The translations under genes were made by a program, and so were the position numbers. From Kiritimatiellia bacterium (GTDB taxonomy: Bacteria > Verrucomicrobiota > Kiritimatiellia > RFP12 > UBA1067), in assembly GCA_017962315.1 (NCBI GenBank), contig JAGCVN010000118.1, positions 492-64,491 on the forward strand: DNA of 64,000 nucleotides, written 5' to 3'. Positions 45,202 through 54,732 of the stretch are shown one piece after another. The notes under the pieces are model-generated. The model was not told the origin of the DNA, did not search any database, and saw only the letters and a program-made list of their open reading frames with translations. The stretch's first letter is position 1; the number at the start of each line of letters is the position of its first letter.

Positions 45202-47828
45202 TTTCTACCCCCATACTTGTCAGTTCCTTTTTTCGCAACCGCGATCCAGCGGATCCCCGCATGGACGATCCCTCCGGCCAGCAAGACGAATACGCCGATG
45301 GACAACGTGCGCAACCAGACCGACGGCGCAAGCGGAACGGTCTGGAAGAGCTGCCCGCCGTACTGAACCATCAAGACCTGAATCGCAACCACAAGTCCCA
45401 TCACACCGAGGAAGCTCCGGCTGCGGAAAAGCCCCCCGAACGCCGATTCCCGCGCATTGACGCTCCGGGCGTTGACGGCGTTGAACAACTGCAGCCAGAC
45501 AAAGCAATTGAACACGGCTGTAGCCTTCTGGGCATCCGGCGCCCCCAGCCAATCCGTCGTCTGGACAACCAGCATGACCGCCACGAACACCACCCCCATC
45601 GCCACGATGTTAACCGCCATCGCCCGCGTCACAAACGGTTCGGCCGTCTCCTTCGGCGGCATCGACATCACTTCCGGGCGCGGCGGCTCCAATCCGAACG
45701 CCAGCGCGGCGAGGGTGTCCATGATCAGGTTCAGCCAGAGGAACTGTAGCACCGTCAGAGGAGTTTGCGAGAATCCCGCGTTCGGCCAGAACAGAGCGGC
45801 AAGCGGGCTGATGAACGCGAAAAACAAGGCGGAGATGTTCACCGTCAACTGGAACTGGAGGAATTTCTGGAGGTTCTCGTACAGCGTCCGTCCCCATTTG
45901 ACGGCGCGGACGATACTCCCGAAGTTGTCATCCGTCAGCACAATGTCGCTCACGGATTTGGCGACATCCGTCCCCCGGACGCCCATCGCGATCCCGACAT
46001 CCGCCTGTTTCAGGGCGGGGGCGTCGTTCGTCCCGTCGCCGGTCATCGCGACGACTTCGCCTTCCTCCTGCAGCAGACGGACGAGACGTGCCTTTGTGTC
46101 GGGCCGCGCCCGCGCGATCACGTTGACGGACTTGAGCAGGACGCGGAGTTCTTCATCGGACTTCGCCGCGAAGGTCTCCCCCGTCAACACCTCTGCCGCG
46201 GATTCCGGGCGCACCAACCCCGCGTCACAGGCGATCGCCCTCGCGGTAAGCGGGTGATCGCCTGTGATCATAATCACCCGGATGCCCGCCTTGCGGCATC
46301 CCGCCACCGCCGCCGCCACGTCCGGGCGGAGCGGGTCGGTCAACCCGACAATGCCGAGCAGGGTCAACCCCTCTTCCGGAGCCTCCTCCGTCCGTTCTTC
46401 TTTATAGGCGACGGCGAGCGTCCGCACCGCGCGTTGCGCCAGTTCTCGGACGATGCGTTCCGCGCCGGCGACATCCCCTCCCGTACAGAGAGGGAACACC
46501 CGTTCGGGAGCGCCCTTTGTGAAGACGTAGCCGCCTGCCACCGTGGTCATCCGCTTGCGGTCCGCCGAGAACGGGATGCGCCGGACAACCGGCGTACCGG
46601 CACGGAACTCCGCGTAACGCAGATTCAGGGAGGCAAGCCAGCGCAGGACGGCCGCTTCCGTCGCGTTGCCGACCGCACGTCCCTCCGCATCGATTTCCGC
46701 AGTCGAGTTGAGGGAGAAACCGCGCGCGAAAAGGTCAAAGTCTGCATCCGACTTTGCCTCCCCAAGCGTCGCCCCGGCATAACACCGCCCACCGAACCAA
46801 AGGGTATCGACCCCCATCTGATTCATCGTGAGGGTCCCGGTCTTGTCCGTGCAGATCACCGTCGCGCTGCCGATGGTCTCCGCCGCGACCATCTTCCGCA
46901 CCAGATTGTTGTCTTCCCGTATTTTCCGCATTCCGAGGCCGAGCGTGACGAAGACCGCCAGCGGCAGCCCCTCCGGGACAGCGACGACCACGATTGTCAC
47001 CGCGACCATGAACGCGCGGAAAAGCGCCCCCGCCACATTCGCGAACGTATACCTGTCCATCGAACAGAACGCACAGCCCGCGAGGACGGCGAAAATCAAG
47101 ACGGCCGCCGCCATTCCCCAGACACTGATCTGCTGCGAAAGTCTCTTCAACCGTTTCTGCAACGGTGTCAACGCTTCCCCTTCTTGCGCCGTCTCGCCTT
47201 GCAACGAGGCGGCGATCCGTCCGAGTTCGGAACGGTCGCCTACCGCCGTGACGCAGGCGAGCGCCTGTCCCGACAAGACGTAGGTGCCGCCGGTGAGGCG
47301 GTTCTGCTCGACATTCTTCGGAACCGCCATCTGCTCTCCCGTCATCAGGGATTCGTCCACCTCGAATTCCACGCCCGAAAGATACCGCGCATCTGCAGGG
47401 ATTTTGTCGCCCGCCTCCAGCCGGACAATGTCACCTACAACCACATTGCTGTTTGCGACGACCTGAAACTGCGCGTCGCGGATTACCTTCACGAGAATCT
47501 TGTCTGTGTCGCGTTTCAGCAGTTCGAACGCCTTGTCGGCCTTCAGTTCGCTCCACAGCGTCCCGCAGGTCGCGACGAAAACGGCAAGCAGGATAGCCAC
47601 ACCTTCCCAAGGGAAATTTCCCCGCGAGACTTCAAGCGCGATGGAGACGGCGGCGCAGGCGCACAGGATGAGGACCGTCAAATCGGCGAACTTTTCAAAA
47701 AAGAGGATGAACAGGGATTTTTTCTTCGCGGGGGTGAGTGTATTCGCCCCGTACCGTTCACGACGTTCAAGGACATCAGCGCTCGTGAGACCTGTCTGCG
47801 GATTGGTGGAAGGTTGTTGCGTATTCAT
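45198..47828 (-). CDS. P-type cation-transporting ATPase (Ca2+-ATPase-like, P2 type)
   Basis: ICTDKTGTLT phosphorylation site, MITGDHPLTA, MTGDGTNDAPALKQADVGIAMG, and 10 TM helices. Confidence 0.9.
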   Translation of the reverse strand: MNTQQPSTNPQTGLTSADVLERRERYGANTLTPAKKKSLFILFFEKFADLTVLILCACAAVSIALEVSRGNFPWEGVAILLAVFVATCGTLWSELKADKAFELLKRDTDKILVKVIRDAQFQVVANSNVVVGDIVRLEAGDKIPADARYLSGVEFEVDESLMTGEQMAVPKNVEQNRLTGGTYVLSGQALACVTAVGDRSELGRIAASLQGETAQEGEALTPLQKRLKRLSQQISVWGMAAAVLIFAVLAGCAFCSMDRYTFANVAGALFRAFMVAVTIVVVAVPEGLPLAVFVTLGLGMRKIREDNNLVRKMVAAETIGSATVICTDKTGTLTMNQMGVDTLWFGGRCYAGATLGEAKSDADFDLFARGFSLNSTAEIDAEGRAVGNATEAAVLRWLASLNLRYAEFRAGTPVVRRIPFSADRKRMTTVAGGYVFTKGAPERVFPLCTGGDVAGAERIVRELAQRAVRTLAVAYKEERTEEAPEEGLTLLGIVGLTDPLRPDVAAAVAGCRKAGIRVIMITGDHPLTARAIACDAGLVRPESAAEVLTGETFAAKSDEELRVLLKSVNVIARARPDTKARLVRLLQEEGEVVAMTGDGTNDAPALKQADVGIAMGVRGTDVAKSVSDIVLTDDNFGSIVRAVKWGRTLYENLQKFLQFQLTVNISALFFAFISPLAALFWPNAGFSQTPLTVLQFLWLNLIMDTLAALAFGLEPPRPEVMSMPPKETAEPFVTRAMAVNIVAMGVVFVAVMLVVQTTDWLGAPDAQKATAVFNCFVWLQLFNAVNARSVNARESAFGGLFRSRSFLGVMGLVVAIQVLMVQYGGQLFQTVPLAPSVWLRTLSIGVFVLLAGGIVHAGIRWIAVAKKGTDKYGGRK

Positions 47829-48586
47829 TCGGGAATCACACAGTAAGCGGAAGATGAGGGAAGAGGGTGGAGTGAAACAGGGCAACCGTACACGCACGAC
47901 AAGATTTCCGGACGGAAAACCTCGGCGACCGTCCCGTCCGCCTCGATCCGGCCTTCACGCAGCAACACGGCACGGGGAAAATACCGGCTCGCAAACGTAA
48001 GGTCATGCACGGTGGCGACGATGGCGACGCCCTTTTCTTCGTTCAGGCGAAGCAGGATCGACGCGAGCCGCACATGGTGCGCCAGATCAAGGTTCGCGGT
48101 GGGTTCATCCAGCAGCAAGACTTCGGGGCGCGCCGCGAGCGCCATCGCAAGCGAGGCGAGACGGCGTTCTCCACCGCTCAATTCCGTCATCGGGCGGTCT
48201 CCAAGCGATACAAGCCCGGTCGCCTCCAACGCCTCGTCAACCGCCTCGCGGTCTTCGTGCGAAGGGCTTCCAAACCTCGGAAGCCAAGGCGTCCGTCCCA
48301 GCGTCACGAACGCGCGTACGGCAAACGGGACATCGCGCGGCGTTTCCTGCGGGACGGTCCGCAAGCGGCGTTCGCGCGGGGCAGGAATCGTCACGTCCCC
48401 GGAAAACGGGGCGAGTGCACCGGAGAGGACACGCAGAAGCGTGGACTTGCCGGCACCGTTCGGTCCCGCCAGGGCGATCCGCTCGCCGGGGTTCACGCGG
48501 AAGGTCACGGCGTGCAGGACCTCGCGGTCGCGATAGCCGGCCGTGACGTTTTCCAACGCGGAAATTGGCTGTCCCGTCTTCGTCAT
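47825..48586 (-). CDS. ABC transporter ATP-binding protein (FecE/BtuD-like)
   Basis: GPNGAGKSTLL, LSGGERR, LLLDEPTANLD. The stop overlaps the ATPase start (ATGA). Confidence 0.8.
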   Translation of the reverse strand: MTKTGQPISALENVTAGYRDREVLHAVTFRVNPGERIALAGPNGAGKSTLLRVLSGALAPFSGDVTIPAPRERRLRTVPQETPRDVPFAVRAFVTLGRTPWLPRFGSPSHEDREAVDEALEATGLVSLGDRPMTELSGGERRLASLAMALAARPEVLLLDEPTANLDLAHHVRLASILLRLNEEKGVAIVATVHDLTFASRYFPRAVLLREGRIEADGTVAEVFRPEILSCVYGCPVSLHPLPSSSAYCVIPE

Positions 48587-48589
48587 GCG

Positions 48590-50743
48590 TTATCCCCCCG
48601 TCACCTTTCCCGTCACGCTGACAGCCAGATTTTCCGTCGCGCCCTTGCGCGACCGCAACGCGGCGTTCGCGAATCCCCATTCAGCGAGCGAAAGGAGAAG
48701 CGCCAGCCAAAGCACCAATTCGGTGAACGAGCGTCCGTTCCGGCGTTCTTCGACGAGCCTGGCCAGTTCCTCCGCATCCGTCGCGACAACGCATTTCTTG
48801 AACCCCGTCCATTCCGCCACGTCATCTTGCGACGCGGGATCGAGTTTCGACTCGGAGCGGTCGGTGTTGACCGCCAACACGGGTTCGTCCGTGCCGCCCG
48901 CTTTCGTGCGCAGATAAATGCCGGGTTCAGGAAGTTCCGAAAGGATGAGGTTCCGTCCCCCGCTTTCTTTCACTTGCAACGGAGCACCGGAAGGCATCGT
49001 GACCGTGTCCTCTTCCCGGTAATTGGGGATCGCCTCGTTGGCGGCCATCGAAGTCCCGAGGGTCACGTGCGCGGGCTGGACCGACGCGCCGCTCCCCTGG
49101 CGGATCAGCTGGTGTACGACCGGCACGAAAAACGCCGTCAACGGGAACGTGCTCCACTCGCGGGTCGCGCCGACGGTGAACAGGAAGCAGCGTCCGCGCC
49201 CCGCCGCGCGCCCGAGAAGGAACGGCATCCCCTCCCCTGCGGTGACGAGCGTCGCCGCCTCTTCCGCCGGTTCGCCGGCGATCCGCAGAATCCGCTTGAG
49301 CGCGACGGTCGGCATCGTCCCAGGCGGAAGCGGCAGTGTGAAATCGACCTTCTGTCCTTCCTTGCGGGGCAGGCGGCGCAGGAAACGCGCGGCATCCGCC
49401 GTTGCGACGGAGGCGACTTCGCCCGGTTGAGCGGGAAGGATGTTGAACACGGCATAGGCGGAAGGATCGCACGTCTCGCCGGGGAAGAACACCGCCACGC
49501 CGCCGTTCTGCACGTAGGTTTCGATCCGCAGAACGGTTTGACCGGAAAGCGGAAGCGCGTCACAGAAAAAAACCGCCTGGAAGTCGCGAAGTTCAACCGC
49601 ATCCAGCGCATCGGGGGTAACCTGCCGGATACTGTCATCCGCCGCGCCGGGGGCGAGCGCGGCGCGGAGGTAGCGTGTCGCCTCGTGCCGTCCAACCACC
49701 AATACCGGAAGACGATGGTTCACACGCAGCAAAAACTGGAAGACGTCATCTTCTGCAAGCGCGTCCTTCGGCGTGGAGACGGAGGCGACGTGGATGCCCG
49801 CCTCCAGGTTGTTCAAGACGAATTCGACCGATGTCTCCGTACCTGGTTCCGCCGTGACAGAACGGCTGCCCTGTTCCTGTCCGTCAACCTTGAGCGTGAC
49901 AGTGACGGGTTTCGGCGCCCCCGTCCGCCCGATGCGGACGGCGACGCGCGCGCTCTGTCCCTGCAACATCAACGGGGGCGAAACTTTTACAAACGAAGGG
50001 AAGGCGTTTTCCGGACTGGCCGCGCCGGCAAGCAGCGCGAAGAACGCGACCTTGTCGCGGGCCTCGCGGGGAATAGCCTCCCCGGCATCCTCGTCCCCTT
50101 TTTTGGAAGACGCACGGAAATCCTCCCATGAAAGCGCCTGTCCGTCGGTCAACACGAAAACCTCTTTCTCGGTCTTCTCCTTCACTGCACCGAGCGTCCG
50201 GAGGGCGGCGGCGACGGTTTCGCCGAGTTTCGAGGAGACGTGCGCGCACGACAACGACTGGATCGCGCTTACGACCGTCGCGTATTCGGTTGTCGGTTTT
50301 TCGATGACCGGCACCGCCGTATCCGTCGCGAGGTAGACACAGACGCGGTCGCCCGGATGCAACGCCTGCACAATCTGCACGGCGGCATCCTTGCACAGCG
50401 ACCAGACCTTGCCCCGGTCCAGTTCATAATTCATGCTGTAGGAACCGTCGAGGACGATTGCCACGTCGCGACGCGAGCGTCCGAGGAACGAATCCGCCCC
50501 CGCGACGTTGCGCAGGACAGGCTGGGCAAACGCCAGTGCCAGCGCGGCCAGCAGCGCGGTACGCAACAGCCAAAGCAGGAAATTCTCAAACCGCACGCGG
50601 CTGGAGGAACGTTTTTGCGCCGCCTTCAGGAAGCGGATGGTCGGGAACGGCGTGTTCACCGTGCGGCGACGCTGGAACATATGGAGCATCAACGGGATGC
50701 CGGCGGCGAGCAGCGCCCAGAGAAACATGGGAGATCCAAACAT
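48590..50743 (-). CDS. BatA-type N-terminal double-TM domain protein with a VWA domain
   Basis: FLWALLAAGIPLMLHMFQRRR, then DVAIVLDGSYSM (MIDAS-like). Confidence 0.75.
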   Translation of the reverse strand: MFGSPMFLWALLAAGIPLMLHMFQRRRTVNTPFPTIRFLKAAQKRSSSRVRFENFLLWLLRTALLAALALAFAQPVLRNVAGADSFLGRSRRDVAIVLDGSYSMNYELDRGKVWSLCKDAAVQIVQALHPGDRVCVYLATDTAVPVIEKPTTEYATVVSAIQSLSCAHVSSKLGETVAAALRTLGAVKEKTEKEVFVLTDGQALSWEDFRASSKKGDEDAGEAIPREARDKVAFFALLAGAASPENAFPSFVKVSPPLMLQGQSARVAVRIGRTGAPKPVTVTLKVDGQEQGSRSVTAEPGTETSVEFVLNNLEAGIHVASVSTPKDALAEDDVFQFLLRVNHRLPVLVVGRHEATRYLRAALAPGAADDSIRQVTPDALDAVELRDFQAVFFCDALPLSGQTVLRIETYVQNGGVAVFFPGETCDPSAYAVFNILPAQPGEVASVATADAARFLRRLPRKEGQKVDFTLPLPPGTMPTVALKRILRIAGEPAEEAATLVTAGEGMPFLLGRAAGRGRCFLFTVGATREWSTFPLTAFFVPVVHQLIRQGSGASVQPAHVTLGTSMAANEAIPNYREEDTVTMPSGAPLQVKESGGRNLILSELPEPGIYLRTKAGGTDEPVLAVNTDRSESKLDPASQDDVAEWTGFKKCVVATDAEELARLVEERRNGRSFTELVLWLALLLSLAEWGFANAALRSRKGATENLAVSVTGKVTGG

Positions 50744-50749
50744 GGCGAC

Positions 50750-51667
50750 TTACCTCGACATCCGTTTACGTTCTTCAAGATAGGCGCGGACAAACGTGTC
50801 CACCGGTTCATCGGTGGTCACGAGACGGTAATCGACCTTCATCTCCGCGAACGCCTTGCGGTAGGTTTCGATAAACTGCCCCATGATGTCCTTGTACTCT
50901 TTCGCCATCGCACGGGGATCGGCGATCATCTTCTCCCCCGTCTCCAGGTCTTCAAACTCCGCGCCGCGTTTCAGGTTCAACGTCAGCTCGACGGGATCGA
51001 GCGTGTGGAAGACAATCACATCGTGCATATTCTTCCGGAAATGCGCGACCGCCTTGACGATCTCCTCCTGATCGTCCAAAAGATCCGAGACAAGGACAAC
51101 CAGCGCGCGGCGGCTGATGGATTCCGCGATCTGGTGCATCACTTCGGCACCGTGCGTCCCCTTCTCCGGCTTGAAGGACTGGAGGACCTTGAGTGAATTG
51201 TTCCATTCGTTGAACGAATTGCGGCAAGGCAGGGCGGCGTCCATCTTCTCTCCGTAGATGTACATTCCCACCGCGTCGCGCGCCTTCAACACGACGTATC
51301 CGAGCGCGGCGGCGAGCGTCGCAGCGTAGGCGTATTTCGTGGGGCGATCCAGATCGGAGGTGTAGTTCATCGACCCGCTGCGGTCGAGAAGCAAATAGAC
51401 GCGAAGGTTGGTCTCGTCCTGATAACGGCGGATGTAGTACTTGTCCGTCCTCCCCAGCACCTTCCAGTCGATCCGCTTCAGGTCGTCTCCGGGCATGTAC
51501 GAACGATGGTCGGCGAATTCGGTGCTGGAACCTTTCTGCGCACTACGGTGGCGTCCCGCCAGCGTGCCCTCCACGACATAGCGCGAATTCAAGACCAGCT
51601 GGTTCAGCTTCGCCATCTGGGCGGCATTCAGATACGCCGCGATTCCTTCCTTCGTCATCTGCACCAT
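50750..51667 (-). CDS. DUF58 domain protein
   Basis: GRHRSAQKGSSTEFADHRSYMPGDDLKRIDWKVLGR and LLLDRSGSM. Confidence 0.8.
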   Translation of the reverse strand: MVQMTKEGIAAYLNAAQMAKLNQLVLNSRYVVEGTLAGRHRSAQKGSSTEFADHRSYMPGDDLKRIDWKVLGRTDKYYIRRYQDETNLRVYLLLDRSGSMNYTSDLDRPTKYAYAATLAAALGYVVLKARDAVGMYIYGEKMDAALPCRNSFNEWNNSLKVLQSFKPEKGTHGAEVMHQIAESISRRALVVLVSDLLDDQEEIVKAVAHFRKNMHDVIVFHTLDPVELTLNLKRGAEFEDLETGEKMIADPRAMAKEYKDIMGQFIETYRKAFAEMKVDYRLVTTDEPVDTFVRAYLEERKRMSR

Positions 51668-51673
51668 CCCTCT

Positions 51674-52492
51674 CTAACGCCGTGCGCGTTTCGCCAGGAT
51701 CCAGAAATCCCCGGAGCTGTCGATCATCAATGCGAATGAACCGTCGGTGGCGAGCTTCACGAGGCGGATGCCGTTCAACGCCTTCGCCCCCTCGCCGGAA
51801 ATACCCCGTTCGCGCTTGCCGTCGCGCACTGCCTCGAAATCGACCAGCACCGGCCTACCCGGTTTCACGCCGAGAATCGTCGCCTCGAGCCCCTCCCCGT
51901 ACGCACGTCTCGAAAACGTTTTCAACGACGTGCCCTCGCGTCCGAGCGTCTGGCTGTAAAGCGCAAAACGCTGGTTCGCCAGCCCCTTGATTTTAGAGAA
52001 TTCCTCCAGTCGGTAGATCCAGGCGTCGCCGAACCGGTCTACCCTGGGAAGCTGCCGGCTTTTTACGTCCGTCAGCACAGGCGCAAGCGTGGCAGGGTAT
52101 TCGACGTGCGTGACGTAGTAGCTTCGCAGCGCCTTGTTCACGCGGGCGGCGTCGAAACGGGTGAGCCAGCGTTTCGCCTGAATATCCGCGAACCTCGCCG
52201 TGGACGTCGACGCCTTGCCCTTGAACAGGGCGGATTCAAAAATCCGTTCGGCATCCGATAAATCCCCCATCGCATAGAGATGCCAGGCGGCGAGCGTCTT
52301 GACCGCCGGCAACCACTCGCCGAGCGTGGAGGCTTTCTGCATGACGGGTTGGCACGCCTCGATGAACGCCCGGTGGTCCGTCCCCGAACGAACATGCACA
52401 TTCCAGACCTTCAAGAAAGATTCCTCCTGCGGCGTGACCGCGCCCAGGCACCCCGCCCAAAGAAGGAATCCGAGTATCCTTGCAAAATTCAT
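51674..52492 (-). CDS. Hypothetical secreted protein (TPR-like helical N-half)
   Basis: Signal peptide MNFARILGFLLWAGCLGA. First gene of the DUF58/BatA cluster. Confidence 0.55.
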   Translation of the reverse strand: MNFARILGFLLWAGCLGAVTPQEESFLKVWNVHVRSGTDHRAFIEACQPVMQKASTLGEWLPAVKTLAAWHLYAMGDLSDAERIFESALFKGKASTSTARFADIQAKRWLTRFDAARVNKALRSYYVTHVEYPATLAPVLTDVKSRQLPRVDRFGDAWIYRLEEFSKIKGLANQRFALYSQTLGREGTSLKTFSRRAYGEGLEATILGVKPGRPVLVDFEAVRDGKRERGISGEGAKALNGIRLVKLATDGSFALMIDSSGDFWILAKRARR

Positions 52493-52610
52493 GTCCCCAC
52501 CATACCACATTTCCGCGTTTCCGTAAACGAAATCAATGCGCTTCTCCTCCGGTTTTTTCCACTAGGCAAAAAAAACTTGGATAGTCCGTGTTTTCTGGTA
52601 GACTGTCGTC

Positions 52611-53222
52611 ATGTTGTTTTCCAAACGAATCTTTCTCCTCGCATTCCTCCTCGCATTCTCCGCATCCGGCGCCTTTTTCTGGAAACTCGCCGGGTCGGCG
52701 GAGAAATTCCTCTCCGGCCTGGGAGGCGAACGTATGTACGCCACCCCCGTAACCGTGAACGGGCTTGACGGGGAACTCCTGGTCTACACGTTTCCTTCGG
52801 GCGACGCGGGCGCTCTTGCCAAGGCGCTCGCCGCGGATCCACCTTCGGGAACCCGCTGTTTCTTGATTCCGGCAACCACCGCCCCGCTCGTGCTGGCGGT
52901 GACGGGAAAGGCCGCGGCCGCACGTGGAACGCCGCAATGGCCGGCCGCGATCCCGCAATTCGCAGCCCGCCCCTTGTTCAGTGCGGAAACGCGCGCGTCG
53001 AACCTTTCCTTCCTGACGGGCGCGAGCGATGCCCCCCCCGCCGAGACCTCGCTTCAAGCCGAAACCTCGCTTTCGCTCGCAGGTTTTTCGGAAGCGTCGC
53101 CGCCGGGCTCCTCCTGCCGTATATTCGTGAAAGGTCCTTCCACCGCCCTGTTGTTTGTCTCCCCCTCCCCGGACGGAACGCACGTCACCGTGCTTGTCCG
53201 CAAGGGTGCAGGAAAATTTTAA
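52611..53222 (+). CDS. Hypothetical secreted protein
   Basis: Signal peptide MLFSKRIFLLAFLLAFSASGA. No family recognised. Confidence 0.5.
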   Translation: MLFSKRIFLLAFLLAFSASGAFFWKLAGSAEKFLSGLGGERMYATPVTVNGLDGELLVYTFPSGDAGALAKALAADPPSGTRCFLIPATTAPLVLAVTGKAAAARGTPQWPAAIPQFAARPLFSAETRASNLSFLTGASDAPPAETSLQAETSLSLAGFSEASPPGSSCRIFVKGPSTALLFVSPSPDGTHVTVLVRKGAGKF

Positions 53223-53234
53223 AGGTCTGCCGCC

Positions 53235-54728
53235 ATGAAGCTTTCCCGGTTTGAAAAAGCCTCCTCCCTTCTGGATACCCCGTTGCCCGACCTCGAATTC
53301 CGTAGCGTGCAGAGCGATTCACGCCTCGTCGGGAAAGGCGACCTCTTCGCCGTCGTGCAGGGGACGGACGACGACGGACGCCGTTACATCGATCAGGCTT
53401 TGCGGGCCGGCGCCGCCGCCCTGCTCGTTGACCGCACACTCGACCTGCCTCCCTACCCCGTCCCCGCCCTGCGCACCGGAGACGTTCGCGGCGCAATGGC
53501 GGAACTCGCCTGCGCCGCCAACGACGGAGCCGGACGCCGCATGGATCTTTTCGCCGTGACCGGAACGAACGGGAAAACAACCACCGCCTGGGTCTTGGCC
53601 GAATTGTTGAAAGCCGCCGGACGAAAACCGGGATTGCAGACGACGGTCGCCGTCGAATTCGCGGGACGGACGCGCGCCTCCGCCCGGACAACCCCCGGTT
53701 CCTGCGAACTCCACAACCTGCTGGGGGAAATGTTCCGCGCCGGGTGCGATTCCGCCGTTATGGAGGCCTCGTCCCATGCGCTGGATCAACGCCGCGTCGC
53801 GGCGCTTCGCTTCACAGGCGCCGCATTCACCAACCTCACGGAAGACCACCTGGACTACCACAAGACGATGGAGCGATACTTCGAGGCGAAACAGAAACTC
53901 TTCCGGCAAATGGCCGACGAAAATCCGGACGGCACGGCGGTCTGCCTTCTCGACGCGCCTTACGGGGAAACGATGGCCGATTTCTGCAAACGCCTGAAGT
54001 TACACGTCGTCTGCGCGGGAATCGGCAGGATCCCTGGAGCGACACTCCGCGCCGAGTCGGTGGAACTCGCCCCGGACGGGAGCCGCTTCCGGCTCGTTGC
54101 GGAAGGCGCGGGTGAAGACACCGTGACCACCTTGCTGGCGGGACGATACAACATTTCAAACCTTCTCTGCGCCGCCGGACTGGCCCTTTCCGCCGGTGTC
54201 CCCTTCGAAACGGTCTGCCAAACGTTGGGTCGCGTCCAGCCGCGCTGGGGACGGCTTGAACGCATCGCGACACCCCTGCCCTGCTCCGTCTACGTCGATT
54301 ATGCCCACACGGACGACGCCCTCCGGAAAGTCTTGACGGCTGCACGGGAAATGACCGAGAAACGACTCTTCGTCGTCTTCGGATGCGGGGGCGACAGAGA
54401 CCGCGCGAAACGTCCGTTGATGGGAAGGGCGTGCGCGGAGTGCGCCGACCGCCTCGTCGTAACCTCGGACAACCCGCGTTCGGAAAATCCGCTCGCCATC
54501 ATCGACGAAATCCTGGCGGGGATTCCCAAGACGGCGGAGTGTGCGGTCGAACCGGACCGCCGCGTCGCGATCCGGCTTGCGCTACAGGAGGCAGGCGCAG
54601 GCGACCTGGTGGTCGTCGCCGGGAAAGGGCACGAAACCACGCAGACCATCGCCGGTGTCGCCTACCCTTTCGACGACCGCGAAGTGGTACGCGAGGAAGC
54701 CGGCAAAATCATCGCCGACAGATGCTGA
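53235..54728 (+). CDS. murE: UDP-N-acetylmuramoyl-L-alanyl-D-glutamate--2,6-diaminopimelate ligase
   Basis: AVTGTNGKTTT, and DNPR in VVTSDNPRSENP. Mur ligase domain order. Confidence 0.9.
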   Translation: MKLSRFEKASSLLDTPLPDLEFRSVQSDSRLVGKGDLFAVVQGTDDDGRRYIDQALRAGAAALLVDRTLDLPPYPVPALRTGDVRGAMAELACAANDGAGRRMDLFAVTGTNGKTTTAWVLAELLKAAGRKPGLQTTVAVEFAGRTRASARTTPGSCELHNLLGEMFRAGCDSAVMEASSHALDQRRVAALRFTGAAFTNLTEDHLDYHKTMERYFEAKQKLFRQMADENPDGTAVCLLDAPYGETMADFCKRLKLHVVCAGIGRIPGATLRAESVELAPDGSRFRLVAEGAGEDTVTTLLAGRYNISNLLCAAGLALSAGVPFETVCQTLGRVQPRWGRLERIATPLPCSVYVDYAHTDDALRKVLTAAREMTEKRLFVVFGCGGDRDRAKRPLMGRACAECADRLVVTSDNPRSENPLAIIDEILAGIPKTAECAVEPDRRVAIRLALQEAGAGDLVVVAGKGHETTQTIAGVAYPFDDREVVREEAGKIIADRC

Positions 54729-54732
54729 CCTC